IMG/VR virus record: IMGVR_UViG_3300030329_004647
Coordinates: 124,001 to 188,000 of that record
Strand: one strand, 5' to 3'
Length of the DNA: 64,000 nucleotides
Under the pieces are notes generated by a model that did no database searches, had not been told where the DNA came from, and worked only from the letters and a program-made list of their open reading frames with translations. Positions 10,438 to 20,092 of the stretch are shown here, piece by piece; positions within the stretch are counted from its first letter, which is position 1; the number at the start of each line of letters is the position of its first letter. The position numbers and the translations under genes are program-made.

Positions 10438-11529
10438 TTAATTTTTAGCTTCTTCCATAACTGGACTTAATTTATTAATCATCATATTGATGTCTTCTAC
10501 TTTTTGAGTTTTAATACTTTCAAAATACCCTAACAAAGAATTCTTTTCTTTTTCTTGTGAAAACATTAAAGGTGTATTGGCTGTTTCATAGTATAACTCT
10601 TCAGGTAAAGTATCCTCCAACCAATTTTTCATATAAGCACCAATCATGTCTACAATTTTTAAATATTCGAATGTCCATAATCCATTATTTTCCGTTAACC
10701 AGTCAGGCTTTAATGTTGGTGCTAATCCGATTACTGGTGTTCCACACTGCATACTTTCTAAAGGAAAAGTACCCCAACCTGAAATTCTATCTACCCAAAC
10801 TGAAACACATGATTCAGAAAGTGATTCTGAAACAGCTTTTCTTGAAATATTTCTAATATCTCTAAAAGTAACCCATCTGTATTGTGGGAATTTAATATAA
10901 AAAGATTTTATAATCTTAACTGTATCTCTAGGGTCTCTAGTATGAATAGAAATTATAGGTTTTTTAGGTTCTTCCGTTTTTTTGAAGTATTCGGGTATGG
11001 AAGGTGTTACCACTTTTATATTTAAACTATTTTCTGTATAAAATTGCTCCAAATATTCTTTTTGTGAAGTAGTAGTAGTAATACAATGGTTTATACCATA
11101 ATTACCCCAACTAAATCCTGGTTGTAAAGTATCAAATTTGTAATCATAAGATTGACATAACATAATACGCGTACAAGGCATATTATTTGTTTGTTCTAAG
11201 ATATGACCAAATTTTTCAGGTATGATTACATAATCTGCTACTCCCACAGCTAAGTCTTGTTCTATAATAGCGTGTGGTAATGAAGAATATTCTTCACCCA
11301 ACCAATCGGTAACTGGTTTGTAATCTTTTTTATCATATAAAATAAAAGCGTTGTAATTATTTTCATTTAATATTTTAACCCATTCATAATTTACAGCTAC
11401 ACTCGCCATAGCTGTACCTTGTGTGTCAGGAGTTATAAAATAAATTTTACTTTCATTTTTATTTATTTTTTCCAGAGCCTCTGTTAATAGGGCTACTTTT
11501 TCTTCTGGTGTTTTTTGTTCGTTTTCCAT
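10438..11529 (-). CDS. GT-B (GT4-like) glycosyltransferase
   Basis: IIPE motif; SGWGTFPLESMQCGTPVIG matches the GT4 EgFGlp.lEama.G.PVI pattern. Confidence 0.7.
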   Translation of the reverse strand: MENEQKTPEEKVALLTEALEKINKNESKIYFITPDTQGTAMASVAVNYEWVKILNENNYNAFILYDKKDYKPVTDWLGEEYSSLPHAIIEQDLAVGVADYVIIPEKFGHILEQTNNMPCTRIMLCQSYDYKFDTLQPGFSWGNYGINHCITTTTSQKEYLEQFYTENSLNIKVVTPSIPEYFKKTEEPKKPIISIHTRDPRDTVKIIKSFYIKFPQYRWVTFRDIRNISRKAVSESLSESCVSVWVDRISGWGTFPLESMQCGTPVIGLAPTLKPDWLTENNGLWTFEYLKIVDMIGAYMKNWLEDTLPEELYYETANTPLMFSQEKEKNSLLGYFESIKTQKVEDINMMINKLSPVMEEAKN

Positions 11530-11532
11530 GTT

Positions 11533-11826
11533 TTATGACCTTTTTAATATATTATATTCAATTAATGTGTTAAAAGCTAACCTAAATGGTATGGTAGTTT
11601 TATTTAAAGCTAAGTGTCCCATTTCATTATCCACTTCTTCACCATACCCTAAAAGAGTATCGAGTAACCCTCTAAAAAATTCCCATCTAGGTAAGTTTAT
11701 GTTATTCTTTCCATCTTCTTCTTCTACCATTACAACGTGAGACATTAAAGTATCTACATCTAGATACAGATAATCCTTCCCAATTTTTACTTGTATATCT
11801 CTTAGTTGGGGTTCTTTATTTTTCAT
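11533..11826 (-). CDS. Hypothetical protein
   Basis: 97-aa ORF coupled in operon. Confidence 0.55.
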   Translation of the reverse strand: MKNKEPQLRDIQVKIGKDYLYLDVDTLMSHVVMVEEEDGKNNINLPRWEFFRGLLDTLLGYGEEVDNEMGHLALNKTTIPFRLAFNTLIEYNILKRS

Positions 11827-12370
11827 TAGTTATAATGTTTTTAATATCTGAAAACTTATCAATCTCAAAGTCCGCCTTGATAGTTTTATTATATTCTGTT
11901 ATTAGTTTTATTGTTTTTTTATTCCCCGCGGTATTCTTTAAAATGTTAGGGTCTGCTGTAATAAAATAATCCGCCTCTTCACAAAGTACAGATAAATCTT
12001 CTAATTTGTAGAATAATATTTTATCAACACAACAACCATATTTTGCAAGAAACCATAAAGTAGCTGCTTTACCTTTTCCTAGTTCGTCAGATAACAAGGT
12101 TATTTTACTATCAGGAAAATCTTTAAAAAATTCATGTAAGAAAGAAAAACAATTTTTTTCTTTTTCCTTAGCAGCTCCAAAAATTTCCATAGAAGCTTCT
12201 ATGTATAAAAATTCTTTCAAACCATCCTCCTCCTCAAACTCAAAAAATTCTTTTAAATTCATATTAGTTATTGGTTCTACAGCCTCTTTTTTGGTGTATT
12301 TTTCATACACCTCTTTCATTTTACCGAAAGTATCTCTTAAAACGTCGTTTAGTGTTATATATATGTTCAT
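11816..12370 (-). CDS. 5'(3')-deoxyribonucleotidase-like HAD-fold protein with degenerate motif I
   Basis: IYITLNDVLRD replaces the usual DxDGVLxD; TLWFL and YNK motifs as in phage NT5C-like proteins. Confidence 0.5.
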   Translation of the reverse strand: MNIYITLNDVLRDTFGKMKEVYEKYTKKEAVEPITNMNLKEFFEFEEEDGLKEFLYIEASMEIFGAAKEKEKNCFSFLHEFFKDFPDSKITLLSDELGKGKAATLWFLAKYGCCVDKILFYKLEDLSVLCEEADYFITADPNILKNTAGNKKTIKLITEYNKTIKADFEIDKFSDIKNIITNEK

Positions 12371-13105
12371 TTATCCTATAGAGTCAAACACTCTTTCTAT
12401 TTTAGCAATTAATGGATTTCTTACTACATCCGCTTTATTAAATTGTACACAACCAATCCCATCTATGTCTTGAAAGTGGTCCATAAGAAAAGTAAGACCG
12501 TTTCCACCTTTAGAATCTTGCTGTCTTTCGTCACCTAAAAATATCATTTTAGAATCTTTACCTAGTCTAGTCATTATAGTTCTCATATTTTCTTGTGATA
12601 TGTTTTGTGCTTCATCTACAATTATAATAGACCTATCTAGATTAATTCCCCTCATATACGCTATAGGCATCTCTTCAATAGTTTTTAACTCTCTAAGTCT
12701 CTGAGTAATAGCCTGTCCCACCAATTTTTCAAAATTATGGACAAATGAAAACATAAAAGGCTCCATCTTCTCTCTTAATCCACCTTTTAAAAACCCAATT
12801 TCTTCATTTTTTAAAGTAGTCACTGATTTTACGATTACCACTTTTTTATATTTCCTGTATCGTTTTATTAACTTTAAAGCTTCTGCACACGCTAAATACG
12901 TTTTACCAGTACCAGCTGGCCCAGAACAAATAGTCACTTCATTTTCTTTTATAGAATTTACTAATTTTTTTTGATTTCCTGTTTTACATTTAACACTAAT
13001 TGTCATAGTGTCAGTCATTCTAGTTTCCTCAGTATTATTCTGATAAATCCATGCTTCGACCTCTTCTTGTTCTTCTCTACTTAATCTTTTACTTCTTTTA
13101 CTCAT
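12371..13105 (-). CDS. phoH: PhoH-family ATPase
   Basis: GPAGTGKT, IGFLKG, YMRGINL, DEAQN, TRLG, GDERQ, VVRNPL. Confidence 0.92.
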   Translation of the reverse strand: MSKRSKRLSREEQEEVEAWIYQNNTEETRMTDTMTISVKCKTGNQKKLVNSIKENEVTICSGPAGTGKTYLACAEALKLIKRYRKYKKVVIVKSVTTLKNEEIGFLKGGLREKMEPFMFSFVHNFEKLVGQAITQRLRELKTIEEMPIAYMRGINLDRSIIIVDEAQNISQENMRTIMTRLGKDSKMIFLGDERQQDSKGGNGLTFLMDHFQDIDGIGCVQFNKADVVRNPLIAKIERVFDSIG

Positions 13106-13271
13106 TTATAGTTTCTTTTTTAGTGTTTACTGTTATTACGCAAGGTATAGTCTCAATTCGTTCCATAAATTTACCGTAGATTACTTCAAATCTCTCATGT
13201 CTACTTACTAAACTAAAGGGAACCATTGGTTCTCCATGACCATAACTTACCATGTCCCATAATTCATACAT
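13098..13271 (-). CDS. Small hypothetical protein (57 aa, not in ORF track)
   Basis: MYELWDMVSYGHGEPMVPF...KETINE*; ATG overlaps the ugd stop and the end overlaps the phoH start. Confidence 0.55.
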   Translation of the reverse strand: MYELWDMVSYGHGEPMVPFSLVSRHERFEVIYGKFMERIETIPCVITVNTKKETINE

Positions 13272-14149
13272 TATATTTCATTTTTTTCAAGGTTATTAAT
13301 TATTGCTCTACCTTCCATTTTTTCCCAATCCTTGTTAGTCCTAACCATTGTATTAGTGTTATGTGTAGCATCTAACATAGGTGTTTTTATTAAAAGTTTA
13401 TTAGCTTCATGTCTTAACGCTAATAAATCTTTAGGAAAACAATGACCACCAAACCCAAAGTCACCATCTGGCCCAGGAACATTCCAATGTGAGTAACCTA
13501 AACGTTCATCTAATTTAGCATACTCAATTACTTTATCGTAATCAACACCTAACCCTTTACAAACATTATACATTTCATTTGCAAAAGACACTTTAGTAGC
13601 TAAAAAAGTATTAGTTAGATATTTTACCATTTCTGCATATGTAGAATCTGTTTTTACTACATGTACTTTTGGAAAAGCTTTAGAAAAAATAGGTTTAACT
13701 TTAGCGGTAACCTCATTAGGACCACCTAGAATTATTCGGTTTTGATTTTTATAGTCTTCTATTGAATTCGCTTCAGTTAGAAATTCTGGATTATATACTA
13801 AAGATACTCTATTAAATCCTTTTTGTAGTTTTTTAGTAGTTCCAGGGGGTATAGTAGATTTAAGAACAATTGTTCTAGTTTCGTTTCCATAATAATCTTT
13901 AATATCACAATAGTTATTTATTTCACTTAAAACCTCTTCCACAATACCAGTATAACACTTACCCTCATTATCCATAGGTGTTGGTAGACATAAAAAAATT
14001 ATTTTACACCTCTCAACAATATCAACTAGTGTGTTAGTACTAAATTCTGGTTTGTTTAAATCAAAAGTTAATATATTAAAATATTTTTGAAGACCTTCTT
14101 TAACAGCGGTTCCTACAAAACCCTGTCCAACTATTCCTATTTTATCCAT
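13271..14149 (-). CDS. ugd: UDP-glucose/GDP-mannose 6-dehydrogenase family protein (short form)
   Basis: GQGFVG, CLPTP, KSTIPPG, NPEFL, catalytic GFGGHCFPKD; lacks C-terminal UDP-binding domain. Confidence 0.85.
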   Translation of the reverse strand: MDKIGIVGQGFVGTAVKEGLQKYFNILTFDLNKPEFSTNTLVDIVERCKIIFLCLPTPMDNEGKCYTGIVEEVLSEINNYCDIKDYYGNETRTIVLKSTIPPGTTKKLQKGFNRVSLVYNPEFLTEANSIEDYKNQNRIILGGPNEVTAKVKPIFSKAFPKVHVVKTDSTYAEMVKYLTNTFLATKVSFANEMYNVCKGLGVDYDKVIEYAKLDERLGYSHWNVPGPDGDFGFGGHCFPKDLLALRHEANKLLIKTPMLDATHNTNTMVRTNKDWEKMEGRAIINNLEKNEI

Positions 14150-15005
14150 TTTTAATTTGTTCTATATAATTTTTTAAATTTATCTTAGGTTCCCAACCCA
14201 ACTTTTTAGTGTTAGTATTATCTAATATAACAGAAGATAAACGTTCACCCCTTCTTTCAGGAACCAAAACCCAGTTATCAGTAAACATAGAAGCAACATC
14301 TGCTAATTTCCAGTTTTTACCAGTACCTAACATATATTCACTATTAAAACCTTTTTCTATTGTCATAATAATACCATTAATGATATCGTCAATATGTGTA
14401 AAGTCACGTGACTGTGTTCCTGGGGAAACCACTGTTAATGGCTCACCTTTTTTATACTGTCCCTCAAAAATTCCTATTACCGCTTTATAATCACCTTCCA
14501 TAATTTGTTTAGGACCATATACGTTGTAAAAATAAACTATTTCATATTTTAGAGAATACCATTCACCAAAATTTTTAATTAATTCTACATTTTTAGCTTT
14601 AGTCCAAGAATACGGGGATAAATTTTCATCCTTACCATCATTACCAAACTTACTACTAGATGCTGAATAAATTAATTTAACGTTATTTTTATGACAAAAA
14701 TTAACTATTTTCATAGTACCGTAACCATTAGATTTTAAAACATAATCTATATCTTTAAAAGAATTAACAATTCTAGAGTACTCACCAAAATGAAAAATTA
14801 TATCAATATCGGGTTTAACCAATTCATCAATATCCCAAGTATTTCCCTTAATATAATTTACTCGTTTGTCGTTTATGTGGTTTTTAATGTTACCAGTAAA
14901 ATAATTGTCTAAAGAAGTTATATTGATATTTTTATAACGTGATAATAATTCTTCTATAAGTGAAGACCCAATAAATCCTGCTCCACCAGTTACTAATATT
15001 TTCAT
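14142..15005 (-). CDS. NAD-dependent epimerase/dehydratase
   Basis: TGGAGFIGS, YSWTK (YxxxK), YNVYGP, RDFTHIDD. Confidence 0.85.
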   Translation of the reverse strand: MKILVTGGAGFIGSSLIEELLSRYKNINITSLDNYFTGNIKNHINDKRVNYIKGNTWDIDELVKPDIDIIFHFGEYSRIVNSFKDIDYVLKSNGYGTMKIVNFCHKNNVKLIYSASSSKFGNDGKDENLSPYSWTKAKNVELIKNFGEWYSLKYEIVYFYNVYGPKQIMEGDYKAVIGIFEGQYKKGEPLTVVSPGTQSRDFTHIDDIINGIIMTIEKGFNSEYMLGTGKNWKLADVASMFTDNWVLVPERRGERLSSVILDNTNTKKLGWEPKINLKNYIEQIKNG

Positions 15006-16166
15006 TTATTTATCTATTCTTTTTATGATATCACAAACAAATTTAATATCATCATATGTTAAATTTGGATGATTAGGTAAATATAAAGCTTTATTATCTA
15101 TAATTTCAGCATTTGGAAGTGTTAACTCACCGTAAAGTTTAGAGTAAAATGGTTGTTTGCCCATAGAACCACAAATAAGTGGTCTAACCTCTACCCCATT
15201 AGACTCCAATTCCTCAACCAACTTATTTCTATTATTAGAAACATATGGAAAAGCAAAATTAGAGACAAAATAGTCACCAGATTGTTGTGGAAAATATGAT
15301 AAGTCTCCTAATAGTTCATGGTAAATACTGTAATTTTTATGTCTTAACCTAACAGTTTCGTCTAACTTATCAAGTTGTCCTAATCCTATATAAGCTTGTA
15401 AATCAGTTGCTCTCATATTAAATCCAGGCACATAAAAAGTGTATAACCCATTAAAATTACTAACCTCCCACTCATCTCTTAATTTTTTAGTTGAGGTGTC
15501 ACACAAATCTCTATCCCAACCATGACTTCTTAACATGAGAATTAAATCATAAATTTCTTTTTCATTTGTACAAATTAATCCACCTTCAATCGTTGACATG
15601 TGATGACCAAAGTATGTTGAAAAAGTAGACATCAAGCCAAAATTTCCCAAAGTCTTGTCTTGGAATTTAGACCCTAAACTTTCACACACATCTTCTAATA
15701 GTGAAACGTTATATTTTTCACACAAACTTACTATTTTATCCATTTCAGGAACTAATCCTAAAACAGAAACTAATATAAGAGCTTTAGGACTGTCCTTTTT
15801 AAAAATCTCCTCCAAATGATTAAGGTCGACCGATAGATTTTTTAAATCTACATCACATAAAACAGGTTTCAAACCTAATTGTATTACAGGTGATAAATCT
15901 GTAGCCCAAGATAAAGAAGGGACAACCACCTTATCTCCTATGTTTAATAGTCCTTTTTGTACTAGAACATATAACATAATTAAATTTGCTGAGGAACCAG
16001 AGTTGACAAATACACAATGTTTACAACCGAGCCATTTTGCAAATAATTTTTCGAATTCAACAGTCAGTGTATTTTTAGTTAACCTAGGATAAGTTTTTAA
16101 CCATTCTATTAATCTATCAATATCTTTATTGTCGATAGTATCTTTTACTAATTCTATTTTATTCAT
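15006..16166 (-). CDS. colD: GDP-4-keto-6-deoxy-D-mannose 3-dehydratase (ColD-like, DegT/PLP family)
   Basis: VNSGSSANL, EDVCESLG, STYFGHHMSTIEGG (His in place of PLP Lys), RSHGWDRD; adjacent to fcl/gmd. Confidence 0.75.
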   Translation of the reverse strand: MNKIELVKDTIDNKDIDRLIEWLKTYPRLTKNTLTVEFEKLFAKWLGCKHCVFVNSGSSANLIMLYVLVQKGLLNIGDKVVVPSLSWATDLSPVIQLGLKPVLCDVDLKNLSVDLNHLEEIFKKDSPKALILVSVLGLVPEMDKIVSLCEKYNVSLLEDVCESLGSKFQDKTLGNFGLMSTFSTYFGHHMSTIEGGLICTNEKEIYDLILMLRSHGWDRDLCDTSTKKLRDEWEVSNFNGLYTFYVPGFNMRATDLQAYIGLGQLDKLDETVRLRHKNYSIYHELLGDLSYFPQQSGDYFVSNFAFPYVSNNRNKLVEELESNGVEVRPLICGSMGKQPFYSKLYGELTLPNAEIIDNKALYLPNHPNLTYDDIKFVCDIIKRIDK

Positions 16167-17068
16167 ACGCCTCTAAGATTTGGGTAGGTTTTTACAAAAT
16201 GTTCTATTGTTTCTTTTAAACCCACCTCTATAGGGGTAAATTTAAAGTCTGGTACGTAAGACATTAATTTTTTATTACAACTAGGTTTTCTAAATTGACC
16301 ATCTGGTTTGTCGTCTTGCCATACTACTTTACCATCAAAACCCATGTTATTCACTATCAAATCCACCAAATCTTTAATAGATATTTCGTGTGAGGTTGAA
16401 AAAATTATTGGTTCAGATTCATCGTAATTCTCTAAAGCCCAATTAGTTAACTTACCAATATCTTTTGCGTATATAAATTCTCTTAATGGTTTTCCAGAAC
16501 CCCAGACCTTAAAATCGGTATTATTTTTTTTAGCTAAATAACATTTGTGTATAAGTGACGGTATTACGTGTCCACTATCTAAATTAAAATTATCATTAAG
16601 ACCATATATGTTTGTAGGTATTACACTTACAAAATCTAACTTATACTGGTCTCTATATACTTCAGTTTGTACATCTAACATTCTTTTAGCATAGGCATAA
16701 CCATAATTAGAAGAATGGGGTGCCCCCAAGTGAATCTTTTTTTCTGTTAAAGGGTACTCCACTGAGTCGGGAAATATACAAGTAGACAGGAAAGAAACCA
16801 CTTTCTCTACTTTATATAATCTACAAGCTTCTAATACGTTAGTATTTATCATAATGTTATCATAAAAAAACTCTCCTTTAGCTTTCATATTCCCACCGAC
16901 ACCGCCAACTCTAGCAGCAGCATGAATTACGTGTGTTGGTCGATGAGTTTCAAATATCTTCTTTACATCTGACCACTTTCTTAAGTCACCATCTTTAGAC
17001 CCTAATTTTATTTCCGCGTCTATAGTTGAACCAACTAACCCACTTCCGCCTGTAATTAATCTTTTCAT
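16163..17068 (-). CDS. fcl: GDP-L-fucose synthase / GDP-colitose synthase (Fcl/ColC)
   Basis: TGGSGLVG, AARVGG, LSTCIFP, YAYAKR, PTNIYG, WGSGKPLREF; start refined to MKRLITGG. Confidence 0.88.
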   Translation of the reverse strand: MKRLITGGSGLVGSTIDAEIKLGSKDGDLRKWSDVKKIFETHRPTHVIHAAARVGGVGGNMKAKGEFFYDNIMINTNVLEACRLYKVEKVVSFLSTCIFPDSVEYPLTEKKIHLGAPHSSNYGYAYAKRMLDVQTEVYRDQYKLDFVSVIPTNIYGLNDNFNLDSGHVIPSLIHKCYLAKKNNTDFKVWGSGKPLREFIYAKDIGKLTNWALENYDESEPIIFSTSHEISIKDLVDLIVNNMGFDGKVVWQDDKPDGQFRKPSCNKKLMSYVPDFKFTPIEVGLKETIEHFVKTYPNLRGV

Positions 17069-18039
17069 TTTAATTTTTTTAACCAATCGTTTATCATGTC
17101 ATCCATCATAGTCTCAAAAGTATACTTAGGTTCCCAACCGAGTATTTTTTTAATTTTACTAGAGTCACCCTTTAAATGTTCTAACTCTTCAGGTCTATAA
17201 TATTTTTCATCAGTAACTACATAATCTCTCCAATCTAAATCCAGCTTACTAAAAACATATTCTACTAAATCTTTAACCGTATGAGACACACCCGTTGAAC
17301 ACACATAATCATCTGCTTTGTCATGTTGTAACATTAACCACATAGCTTCTACGTAGTCTTTTGCGTGACCCCAGTCTCTACTTGCATGTAAATTACCCAA
17401 ACTTAATTTATCAGTCAAACCAAGTTTTATTTTTACCGCTTCCTTAGCTACCTTTCCCGTAACAAAATTTGTGCCCCTTCTAGGTGATTCATGATTAAAA
17501 AGAATACCATTACACAAAAACATACCGTAAGAGTTACGATAATTTCTTACTAAATTATAACCATACACTTTTGCACACCCATATGGTGACACAGGATTTA
17601 ATGGGGTGGTTTCTCGTTGATACCCATCTTCATCTATGCTATTTCCAAACATTTCTGAACTACTAGCCTGATACATTTTAGACTTAGGAGATACTAATCT
17701 TATAGATTCTAGAAGATTTAAAGTTCCAGTAGCAATAGAGTGGGTGGTATATATGGGTTGGTCAAAGCTAATTCTAACATGTGATTGAGCTGCAAGATTA
17801 TATATCTCATCAGGTTCACACATCTGTAATACTCTAATTAAAGAGGCCATATCCAACATATCTGCGTATTCCAATCTTATTTTACCGTATACTTCTTTGG
17901 TTAGTCTAGCTGTTTGATTTTCAGCTACAGAATTTCTTTTTAAAATCCCCCAAACCTCATATCCTTTTTCTAATAAAAATTCTGCTAGATATGAACCATC
18001 CTGTCCATTTATTCCTGTTATTAATGCTACTTTACTCAT
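17065..18039 (-). CDS. gmd: GDP-mannose 4,6-dehydratase
   Basis: ITGINGQDGSYLAE, AAQSHVRISF, YQASSSEMFG, NHESPRRG, RDWGHAKDY. Confidence 0.96.
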   Translation of the reverse strand: MSKVALITGINGQDGSYLAEFLLEKGYEVWGILKRNSVAENQTARLTKEVYGKIRLEYADMLDMASLIRVLQMCEPDEIYNLAAQSHVRISFDQPIYTTHSIATGTLNLLESIRLVSPKSKMYQASSSEMFGNSIDEDGYQRETTPLNPVSPYGCAKVYGYNLVRNYRNSYGMFLCNGILFNHESPRRGTNFVTGKVAKEAVKIKLGLTDKLSLGNLHASRDWGHAKDYVEAMWLMLQHDKADDYVCSTGVSHTVKDLVEYVFSKLDLDWRDYVVTDEKYYRPEELEHLKGDSSKIKKILGWEPKYTFETMMDDMINDWLKKLK

Positions 18040-18041
18040 AA

Positions 18042-19115
18042 TTATTTTTTGTATTTTTCTACGTAATCACTACATAGACCCATAATATTTTTATGTTCTT
18101 TATTATCCCATTCAGGCATTACTTGGATTGAATTACTTGTCAGCTCCTTGCCTGGATATGTCCACATTACCCCTTTAGATGTGAGGGTAACATCATCTTC
18201 TTGGTGCCAAAAACAATGTATATCGTTTTCTAACATTTTATTTAAAGCTATTATATTTTTCGCATGACACCATAACTTTTCATTTTTTAAAAATTCTATT
18301 GGTATTTCGTATTGAGGGTTATCGTGGCCTAAATAAAATTTATCATTTACTACCCATACATCCACCTCAACGTCATACCCTAAGTCCAACGCTTTCTTAA
18401 CATACGATGGAGAATTTTCTAATTTTTCATTCTTACCATTTATATTGCCTCTATGAGAAATTAAAATAGTATCGTTTTTTTCTACCAAACCAAATTCCTC
18501 TAGTATTAAAGGTATTGTTTTTTGGTTTGCGTGAATATGAGCCCCATCCCAGTTATCCAACAAGTCTGGTTTGGTATACCCTTCACTATCTATCATTTTA
18601 TAAAAAATACTATAAAAAGGTATAGAGTTTTTTTCACACATCTCTTTTGCGTAGTCATTAAATTCTTTAGTAACCTCATTTCTCTCTAAACACGTACCAA
18701 AAGAAGGTCCCCCGGTATATTTTTTAGTTGGATGCCAACTTGCAATTGGACCCCAAACAGCTACCTTCATTCCCCAGTTTTTAACTTGTAGAACAGCTTC
18801 AATATATCTATCCACACATTCACGTACTATTTCTTTAACTGTTTTATTTTGTAATTCCATTTGTTTTATAAGATGAGCTCTACAATCTACTTCACCACAA
18901 CAAAACAAAATAGTATCATCAGTAGTTATACCAACCCTATTAATTACATTTTGTATTATTGATAATTTTCTTTCTAGTTGATAGGCTGTTACAGGACCTA
19001 ACCTGTATGTTCTAAACCACGGTAATCTATCGTCTGACCTTCCAGGCCATTCGGGAGTCATTAACTCTACACCCGAAAAAACAGCAGAATGACTGTCCCC
19101 AATACAATGTATCAT
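18042..19115 (-). CDS. Fusion: SGNH-hydrolase-like domain + GDPD/PLC-like phosphodiesterase domain
   Basis: N-terminal IGDSHS, GEVDCR, DGAHIH; C-terminal ISHRGN...YDVEVDVW...LGHD...WCHAKN. Confidence 0.6.
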   Translation of the reverse strand: MIHCIGDSHSAVFSGVELMTPEWPGRSDDRLPWFRTYRLGPVTAYQLERKLSIIQNVINRVGITTDDTILFCCGEVDCRAHLIKQMELQNKTVKEIVRECVDRYIEAVLQVKNWGMKVAVWGPIASWHPTKKYTGGPSFGTCLERNEVTKEFNDYAKEMCEKNSIPFYSIFYKMIDSEGYTKPDLLDNWDGAHIHANQKTIPLILEEFGLVEKNDTILISHRGNINGKNEKLENSPSYVKKALDLGYDVEVDVWVVNDKFYLGHDNPQYEIPIEFLKNEKLWCHAKNIIALNKMLENDIHCFWHQEDDVTLTSKGVMWTYPGKELTSNSIQVMPEWDNKEHKNIMGLCSDYVEKYKK

Positions 19116-20092
19116 ATTTCTAATTTTTTAATTATTTCTTCAAAAAAAAGATTTTCTTTTTCCTGAGAAGATTCGTTACCAATATTCCAAGGATTACCAG
19201 CACCATGTATTGTGTTAAACATGGTATGGATGGAAAAACCATTTTTTACGTATAAAACTTTTAATTTATTATTATTTCTGTAAATGTTTTGTGTTACCTC
19301 ATCATAAGCGTCTCTAATCATTCCTGTTATTTCAGTCCACCTATCAGATTTAATAATAAAAAGATTATTATTAAAATAAGGTTCATCTAATTCTGTAAAA
19401 CTATAAGAATGTTTAGACATTAGTCTATTAAAATTAGTGGTGATATAGTCGTTTAGTAAGAAATGACCCTCCCATGAAATTCTCATAGGATGCATACCCA
19501 TTAGATTAGTCCCTAAGTTTCTAAGAATATCATAGTATTTTTTAGGAGACCATTTAGTAGAATTAATAGTAGCTTCATTTAATGGTTCATAATCGACACC
19601 CCACAAACCTTTAGGTAATGGTCTGTCTAAAAAAATGTTATTTAATTTTTCTTTTATCTTTAAGTCAGTTACGAAGTCTTCTATAAACAAATCTACACAA
19701 GGGATTGTAGTAGACATAGTAGGCATAATCTGCATCACTTCAGAACTTTCTAAAACATTTAAATTTTCTATCATATAATCCCAAACATGACACGGAACAA
19801 ATACGTCTTCATCCCACTTCGCTAAATAAGGTGTATCACAATTTTTAGTTTTATTTATCTTAGACATGTAGTTATGTCCGTTTGGGTGGTAAATTATTTC
19901 ACATTCTATATTTTTAAGATGTGTTTTACTATTTTCTAATTCTGATTTATCGTCTGGATTATCAGCTAGAACAACAACTTTAATTTTATCTTTATTTTCT
20001 TTTTTTATGCCTGATAACATACTAAAAGCTGCTTTGTGAAATTTAGCTCTAGTGTGTGAAAGATAGTATAATGTTAAAAGTTTATTGTTCAT
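19112..20092 (-). CDS. Putative GT-A fold glycosyltransferase
   Basis: YLAKWDEDVF DxD-like motif; in glycan cluster. Confidence 0.5.
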   Translation of the reverse strand: MNNKLLTLYYLSHTRAKFHKAAFSMLSGIKKENKDKIKVVVLADNPDDKSELENSKTHLKNIECEIIYHPNGHNYMSKINKTKNCDTPYLAKWDEDVFVPCHVWDYMIENLNVLESSEVMQIMPTMSTTIPCVDLFIEDFVTDLKIKEKLNNIFLDRPLPKGLWGVDYEPLNEATINSTKWSPKKYYDILRNLGTNLMGMHPMRISWEGHFLLNDYITTNFNRLMSKHSYSFTELDEPYFNNNLFIIKSDRWTEITGMIRDAYDEVTQNIYRNNNKLKVLYVKNGFSIHTMFNTIHGAGNPWNIGNESSQEKENLFFEEIIKKLEI

